Shown here: positions 42,559-47,440 of the stretch, piece by piece
Position numbering within the stretch: position 1 is the first letter of the stretch
How the letters are laid out: each line of letters starts with the position of its first letter
Source: Paracoccaceae bacterium
GTDB taxonomy: Bacteria > Pseudomonadota > Alphaproteobacteria > Rhodobacterales > Rhodobacteraceae
Reading direction: 5' to 3'
DNA length: 47,440 nucleotides
Assembly: GCA_028749255.1 (NCBI GenBank)
Contig: JAQTYE010000001.1
Coordinates: forward strand, 1-47,440
Translations under genes and position numbers: made by a program
The notes under the pieces: model-generated
Seen by the model: the letters and a program-made list of their open reading frames with translations, nothing else
The model's database searches: none
Told to the model about the DNA's origin: nothing

Positions 42559-43260
42559 TCAGCGCTTGAACCTGTCGGCCAGCTTTTCGATGGCCGAGCG
42601 GGTATCGGCAGGTTCGGGCGGCGGCGGTGCGGGCTTGGGTTCGGGCGGCAGTTTCCCCTGCGCCTTCGGCCCCGCCCCGCCCGAACTGCGCGGCGGGGCG
42701 ACGCGCAGACTGACCGCGTTCAGAAATTTCGCGCTTTCGCCCGCCGCCAACGCGGGCGCACCATCCGAAATGCCCCGCAACAGATCGTCAAGCCAATCCT
42801 GATCGGCCTTGGCGAAATCGCTCAGCACATAATCGGCCACCCGGTCCTTGTGGCCGGGATGCCCGATGCCCAACCGCACCCGGTCATAAGCCTCGCCGAT
42901 ATGCCCGTGGATCGAGCGCAGCCCGTTATGCCCGGCGTGCCCCCCACCCGATTTCACCCGGCATTTGCCCGGCGCCAGATCCAGTTCGTCATGGAACACG
43001 ATGATCTCGGCTGGTGCGATCTTGTAGAAATCCGCCGCCGCACGCACTGATTGCCCCGACAGGTTCATAAATGTCTCGGGCTTGAGCAATACGATCCGCT
43101 CGGCCCCCAGCCGACCCTCGGACAACTGGCCCTGAAACTTGGCCCGCCACGGTGCAAAGCCATGATCCGCCGCGATCCGATCCAATGCCATGAACCCGAT
43201 ATTATGCCGGCTGCCCGCATATTTCGCACCGGGATTGCCCAGACCGACCCAAAGCTGCAT
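42559..43260 (-). CDS. pth: Peptidyl-tRNA hydrolase with Pro-rich C-terminal tail
   Basis: VGLGNPG..Y..SRHNIGF, KPETFMNLSG, HDELD, GGHAGHNGLRS, RLGIGHP. Confidence 0.97.
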   Translation of the reverse strand: MQLWVGLGNPGAKYAGSRHNIGFMALDRIAADHGFAPWRAKFQGQLSEGRLGAERIVLLKPETFMNLSGQSVRAAADFYKIAPAEIIVFHDELDLAPGKCRVKSGGGHAGHNGLRSIHGHIGEAYDRVRLGIGHPGHKDRVADYVLSDFAKADQDWLDDLLRGISDGAPALAAGESAKFLNAVSLRVAPPRSSGGAGPKAQGKLPPEPKPAPPPPEPADTRSAIEKLADRFKR

Positions 43261-43351
43261 CGCATTCTCCTTTGCCCGGGTTTTAGCCGCGCCTGCGCCG
43301 CGCGGCCAGCCCGGATTTGCGACACGGCGACGATGGGCTTGCCGCACGTAA

Positions 43352-43385
43352 ATGTTATTGTATAACATAAGTTACACTATAACAG
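43352..43385 (+). promoter_or_regulatory. Tandem Zur-type boxes
   Basis: Perfect palindrome ATGTTAT-tgt-ATAACAT (43352-43368) followed by AAGTTAC-act-ATAACAG (43369-43385), immediately upstream of a COG0523 gene. Confidence 0.8.
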
Positions 43386-43393
43386 GAATCACC

Positions 43394-44602
43394 ATGACCA
43401 ACCGTCTTCCCGTCACCGTGCTTTCCGGTTTCCTCGGCGCCGGAAAAACCACGCTTCTCAACCATATCCTGGCCAATCGCGCAGGTCTGCGCGTGGCCGT
43501 GATCGTCAACGACATGTCCGAGGTGAACATCGACGCCGATCTGATCCGTGCAGGTGGCAGCCTGACCCGTGGCGAGGAAAAGCTGGTCGAGCTGACCAAC
43601 GGTTGCATCTGCTGCACGCTGCGCGACGATCTGCTGACCGAGGTGCGCAGGCTCGCCGCCGAAAATCGTTTTGACTATCTGCTGATTGAATCGACCGGTG
43701 TGTCTGAACCGCTGCCGGTGGCCGCGACGTTTGAATTCCGCGACGAAAACGGTCTGGCACTGGACGATGTCGCGCGGCTCGACACGATGGTGACGGTCGT
43801 TGATGCGGCCAACCTGACGCGTGATTTCAGCACGCAGGATTTTCTGGCCGACCGGGGCGCCGAGCTAGGCCCCGAAGACGAACGCAGTCTGGTGCAACTG
43901 CTGACCGAGCAGATCGAATTCGCCGATGTGATCGTGCTGAACAAGATCGGCGCCGCGACCGCGGAACAACGCGCCACCGCCCGCGCGATCCTGCGCGCGC
44001 TGAATGCCGATGCGCGGATCATCGAAACCGATTTCGGCCGCGTCGCGCCGGGGGAAATCCTGGGCACAGGACGGTTCAGTTTCGACACCGCGCACCGCCA
44101 CCCGACCTGGGCGCAAGAGCTGTACGGCTTCGCCGATCACACCCCCGAAGATGCGGAATATGGCATCACCTCGTTTGTCTATCGGGCCGAGCGACCTTTT
44201 GACCCCGAAAAGCTGGCTGCGTTCTTTGAAACGCCCCTGCCCGGGGTGATCCGCGCCAAGGGTCATTTCTGGCTGGCGACGCGGCCCGACTGGGCGGGCG
44301 AGTTTTCCGTGGCGGGACCGATGCTGGAGGTGCGCGGCCTTGGGCTGTGGTGGGCCGCCGTTCCCGAAAACCGCTGGCCCCCCGAGGCACACGCCCGGAT
44401 GGCCGCCACGGTGGCGCAGGAATTTGGCGACCGGCGGCAAGAGATGGTCTTCATCGGGATGTTGGGCGCGATGAACCGCGCCCGGATCGAGGCCATGCTG
44501 GAACGATGCCTGGTGCCCGAAACCCGGTTCATCCCCGAAGTCTGGGCCACCCTGCCCGACCCGTTTCCGCGTTGGGGCGCCGCAGCACAGGGCGCCGCAT
44601 GA
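43394..44602 (+). CDS. COG0523 G3E GTPase zinc metallochaperone (ZigA/YciC-like, CobW family)
   Basis: [27 protein letters not shown] (CxCC), [27 protein letters not shown]. Confidence 0.95.
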   Translation: MTNRLPVTVLSGFLGAGKTTLLNHILANRAGLRVAVIVNDMSEVNIDADLIRAGGSLTRGEEKLVELTNGCICCTLRDDLLTEVRRLAAENRFDYLLIESTGVSEPLPVAATFEFRDENGLALDDVARLDTMVTVVDAANLTRDFSTQDFLADRGAELGPEDERSLVQLLTEQIEFADVIVLNKIGAATAEQRATARAILRALNADARIIETDFGRVAPGEILGTGRFSFDTAHRHPTWAQELYGFADHTPEDAEYGITSFVYRAERPFDPEKLAAFFETPLPGVIRAKGHFWLATRPDWAGEFSVAGPMLEVRGLGLWWAAVPENRWPPEAHARMAATVAQEFGDRRQEMVFIGMLGAMNRARIEAMLERCLVPETRFIPEVWATLPDPFPRWGAAAQGAA

Positions 44603-44835
44603 GGCGCAATCTGGCAACGCGGCTGCCCACACGGGCGCGCGCCGCGCCGATGGCCGCGTTCGACCGCCTGCCGCCCCCCGCGCGGGCCTGGGTGGCGCAG
44701 GCGGTGCTGCCCTGGTCGGCGGTCTCGGTCGGGCGGATCTGGGCGCGGGCATTGCGCGAAACCGGGAGTGAAGCCGCCGCCGTGGCCCGGCTGACGGCAG
44801 CAGAATCCGCGACGCTGGCGCGCGAACGCACCTGA
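44599..44835 (+). CDS. Small basic protein, DUF6525-like (78 aa)
   Basis: MRRNLATRL...[22 protein letters not shown]; ATGA overlap with the COG0523 stop. Confidence 0.7.
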   Translation: MRRNLATRLPTRARAAPMAAFDRLPPPARAWVAQAVLPWSAVSVGRIWARALRETGSEAAAVARLTAAESATLARERT

Positions 44836-45063
44836 GCGCGTGACATCCCCCACCAAGATGCGCCGCCCTGTTCCGGGGCGGCGGTCATTCTGACTGGCAT
44901 TGCGCCCCGTTCTGACAGGGCATCCGCAGACGCCTCCCTCTGATCGCCGACACCACGCACTCACCCTGCCCGCGCATGAGGCGCGGTGATACATGACCCA
45001 TCTGCAAGACCTGATGGGATAGTTCCCGGCGCAGACCGCACCACCGCGCGGATCAGAGCATGC

Positions 45064-45873
45064 TCAATCCGCCACCTCATAGGTCCAGACCCGGAACGAT
45101 TTCAACAGATGCGGGCCGAAGGAATTGATCAATGGCACGTCGGTCGCATCGCGCCCCCGCGCCACCACAATCCGACCGATCCGGCGCTTGTTGTTGCGCG
45201 GATCGAAGGTGTGCCAGGCGCCATCCAGCCAGACCTCGATCCAGGCGCTGAAATCCATCGGATCGACGACCGGCACGCCGATGTCCCCCAGGTGGCCGTT
45301 GACGTAGCGGGCCGGAATATTCAGGCAGCGCAGCAGCGCGACCGCCAGATGTGCGAAGTCGCGACACACACCGATACGTTCCTGATAGGCCTCATAGGCG
45401 GTGCGGGTGGCGCGCGCCTGCATATAGTCGAACTGAATATGGTGATGGACGAAATCGCAGACCGCCTGCACCCGGCCCCAACCTGGCATCAGCCCACCAA
45501 ACAGATCCCAGGCGATCTGGCTCAGCCGGTCGGTCTCGCAATAACGGCTGCCCATCAAATACAGCAAAACCTCATCTGGAAGCTCCGCCACCGGCACTTC
45601 GCGCGCATCAGGCCAATAGGCATCCAGCTGCCCGCTGTCGGCAATCGTCGCATCACCCCACATCGTCACATCGCCCGCGGGCGCGGTCAGCCTGCGGCAG
45701 CGGTTGCCGAAAATATCGCGATAGGTCGAACTGGGGATCTCGGCAGGTGTGGTGAAAAAGGTCTCGTCGGTGCGCAGATCAGCTGCGCGGTCCTCCTGCA
45801 CGGCCAGCAAGCACACCATATGCGTCGGCTGCGGGCAGGTCAGGGTGATTTCGTAACCATAGCGTATAAGCAT
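45064..45873 (-). CDS. Transglutaminase-like protein (second paralogue)
   Basis: YRDIFGNRCRR, SRYCETD, GVCRDFAH, IPARYVNG, DFSAWIEV, FDPRNN, ARGRDATDV. Confidence 0.9.
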   Translation of the reverse strand: MLIRYGYEITLTCPQPTHMVCLLAVQEDRAADLRTDETFFTTPAEIPSSTYRDIFGNRCRRLTAPAGDVTMWGDATIADSGQLDAYWPDAREVPVAELPDEVLLYLMGSRYCETDRLSQIAWDLFGGLMPGWGRVQAVCDFVHHHIQFDYMQARATRTAYEAYQERIGVCRDFAHLAVALLRCLNIPARYVNGHLGDIGVPVVDPMDFSAWIEVWLDGAWHTFDPRNNKRRIGRIVVARGRDATDVPLINSFGPHLLKSFRVWTYEVAD

Positions 45874-46269
45874 TGGATCTCCGGTTGCGGTGCCTCTGAG
45901 AGGGCTTCGCGCCCCGAGGCACCCGGGGCGGAATTAATTGCACGTTCCGGGACGCGCACGACCGTGCCCCAGCCCGAAGACAGGGCTGTCCCGATCCGCA
46001 ACTCTTTGAGTTCAGTGCCATCAATCATGCACATTCTTGTCTTGTACCCGATTTTTCCGAAGATAGGTGCGAAACCTCGTCGGGCCGGGCGCGAACACCT
46101 TCCGAGATTAAAAGATCAGCAATACCCGGCCGCATCGCCCATTCCTGCATCACGCCACAGGCGCCGGACGCGGTGGTTCCCTGGTTAGTGCACCTCGGGC
46201 GCCACTGCGTCGGCACCCGTCAACATCCGGTTCACCTCGCCCGGATACATCACCTGATGAGTGCCCAGA

Positions 46270-46301
46270 CTGTATCAGGGCTCAAATGCGCCCTGATACA
46301 G
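46270..46301. other. Perfect 12-bp inverted repeat with no U-tract
   Basis: CTGTATCAGGGC-tcaaatgc-GCCCTGATACAG. Confidence 0.7.
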
Positions 46302-46387
46302 GCAGGCCACCGTGCCAAGCCCGATATGCGGATGCGACAGGGGCTGCCGTGATTGTCTATGGGCGCGGATGGACTGCGACACAAAGT

Positions 46388-46428
46388 TTGACGCATCACA
46401 TTTGCAAAGCTAGAAATTGATTTGCAAA
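46388..46428 (+). promoter_or_regulatory. Regulator promoter with two TTTGCAAA boxes (PccR/ScfR-type autoregulatory sites)
   Basis: TTGACG-N17-TAGAAA; TTTGCAAA at 46401-46408 and 46421-46428 flank the -10. Confidence 0.7.
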
Positions 46429-46439
46429 TGGAGGGCGGC

Positions 46440-47440
46440 ATGGCGACTCAAAAACTGTACGCGGGGGTCAAGCTACGCGAGACGCGCACGCGCCTCGGGC
46501 TGACGCAAAAGCTGTTCGCCGACCGCCTTGGCGTGTCGTTGCCCTATCTGAACCAGATGGAGAACAACCACCGCCCCGTTTCAGCCGGAGTCGTCTTGGC
46601 GCTGGCGGGGGAATTCGGGTTGGATGTGACCGAACTGTCAGCGGGCGATGCTGAACGGCTGGTCAGTGACATGCGCGAGGCACTGGCAGATCCGGTCTTT
46701 GCCGATGGGGCGCCCCCCTTGGCCGATATGCGGCTGGCCGCATCGAACGCCCCCGCACTGGCCAGGTCGCTTCTGGAACTGCACCGCGCCTATCGGCAGG
46801 TCCATGAACGGCTTGCATCGCTTGACGAGGCATTGGGCCGCGAGGCCGGGCAAACAGTAGTTTCGCCTTGGGAAGAGGTGCGCGACTTCTTTCACTATTG
46901 CGACAATTATATCGACGCCGTGGATCGTGCCGCTGAGCGGTTTTCCTGCCCGGATGGCAAACGGTTAGACCCGATTCAACGCGCTACCGAAGCGCTGAAT
47001 GCCCGCGGGGTCGAAGTACAGTTTTCGAACATATCTTCCCTGCGACAGCGCGATGGAAACACGATCAGCTTGTCGGCCCATGCAGGCCGTGCGACGCAGG
47101 CGTTTCAACTGCTGCATCAGGTCGCCCTGATCACCCAGAACGAACTTCTGGAGGCCACGCTCGACCTCGCGCGGTTTCAATCCGAGACCGCGCGTGCGAT
47201 CGCCAAGATAGGGCTGGCAAACTATTTCGCGGGGGCCGCGCTGATGCCCTACCGCACCTTTCTGGATGCCGCACAAGACACCCGCCACGATCTGGAGCGG
47301 CTGGCCGATATTTTCGGTGCCTCGTTCGAACAGGTCGCGCATCGGCTGTCGACCCTGCAACGCCCCGGCGCCAAGGGCATTCCGTTCTTCTTCGTGCGCG
47401 TCGATCAGGCCGGAACGATCACCAAGCGCCACTCGGCCAC
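46440..47440 (+). CDS. pccR: Short-chain fatty acyl-CoA regulator (ScfR/PccR/PrpR, XRE HTH), truncated by window end
   Basis: Not in the ORF track. MATQKLYAGVKLRETRTRLGLTQ..FADRLGVSLPYLNQMENNHRPVS...SPWEEVRDFFHYCDNYIDAVD...ANYFAGA...SFEQVAHRLSTLQRPG..GIPFFFVRVDQAGTITKRHSA. Confidence 0.88.
   Translation, partial: MATQKLYAGVKLRETRTRLGLTQKLFADRLGVSLPYLNQMENNHRPVSAGVVLALAGEFGLDVTELSAGDAERLVSDMREALADPVFADGAPPLADMRLAASNAPALARSLLELHRAYRQVHERLASLDEALGREAGQTVVSPWEEVRDFFHYCDNYIDAVDRAAERFSCPDGKRLDPIQRATEALNARGVEVQFSNISSLRQRDGNTISLSAHAGRATQAFQLLHQVALITQNELLEATLDLARFQSETARAIAKIGLANYFAGAALMPYRTFLDAAQDTRHDLERLADIFGASFEQVAHRLSTLQRPGAKGIPFFFVRVDQAGTITKRHSA

Noticed and set aside
46015-46032. GTGC-N10-GCAC considered as an NtrC site or sigma54 promoter for the transglutaminase gene
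   Set aside because: Spacing is one base short of the TGC-N11-GCA NtrC consensus, and I found no properly spaced GG-N10-GC element
44986-46188. 400-aa plus-strand ORF
   Set aside because: Mostly antisense to the transglutaminase gene; no motifs
46638-47432. Short ORFs listed near the window end
   Set aside because: All overlap the open pccR-like reading frame starting at 46440, which the track omits because it has no stop within the window

Overview
GC-rich alphaproteobacterial chromosome segment, most like Rhodobacter/Rhodobacterales, judged from R. capsulatus-like XdhABC, SQR and BioMNY and a PccR-type regulator. Gene order: the distal half of the dcw cluster on the minus strand (ftsW-murG-murC-[APC permease-DUF2484-transglutaminase]-murB-ddl'), leuA with a Leu-rich leader peptide, mreBCD-mrdA-rodA-ghrA, hisS-hisZ-hisG, slyX-hypothetical-abrB, dnaE, xdhABC with a purine/nucleoside ABC transporter, sqr, thyA-folA-bioMNY, a surface lipoprotein plus TPR/beta-barrel pair that looks like a Slam/type XI secretion system with an uncharacterised cargo, gloA-like, pth, a COG0523 metallochaperone plus DUF6525-like gene behind tandem Zur-like boxes, a second transglutaminase-like gene, and the 5' part of a pccR/ScfR regulator. 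I saw no tRNA, rRNA, CRISPR array, IS or prophage. The strongest leads are the T11SS-like pair, the terminator-less leuA attenuator, a recurrent intergenic repeat, two orphan transglutaminase-like genes (one with the catalytic His replaced by Ser), the Zur-box module and a possible RBS-sequestering pseudoknot before xdhA. All family assignments come from motif recognition by eye; no database searches were run.
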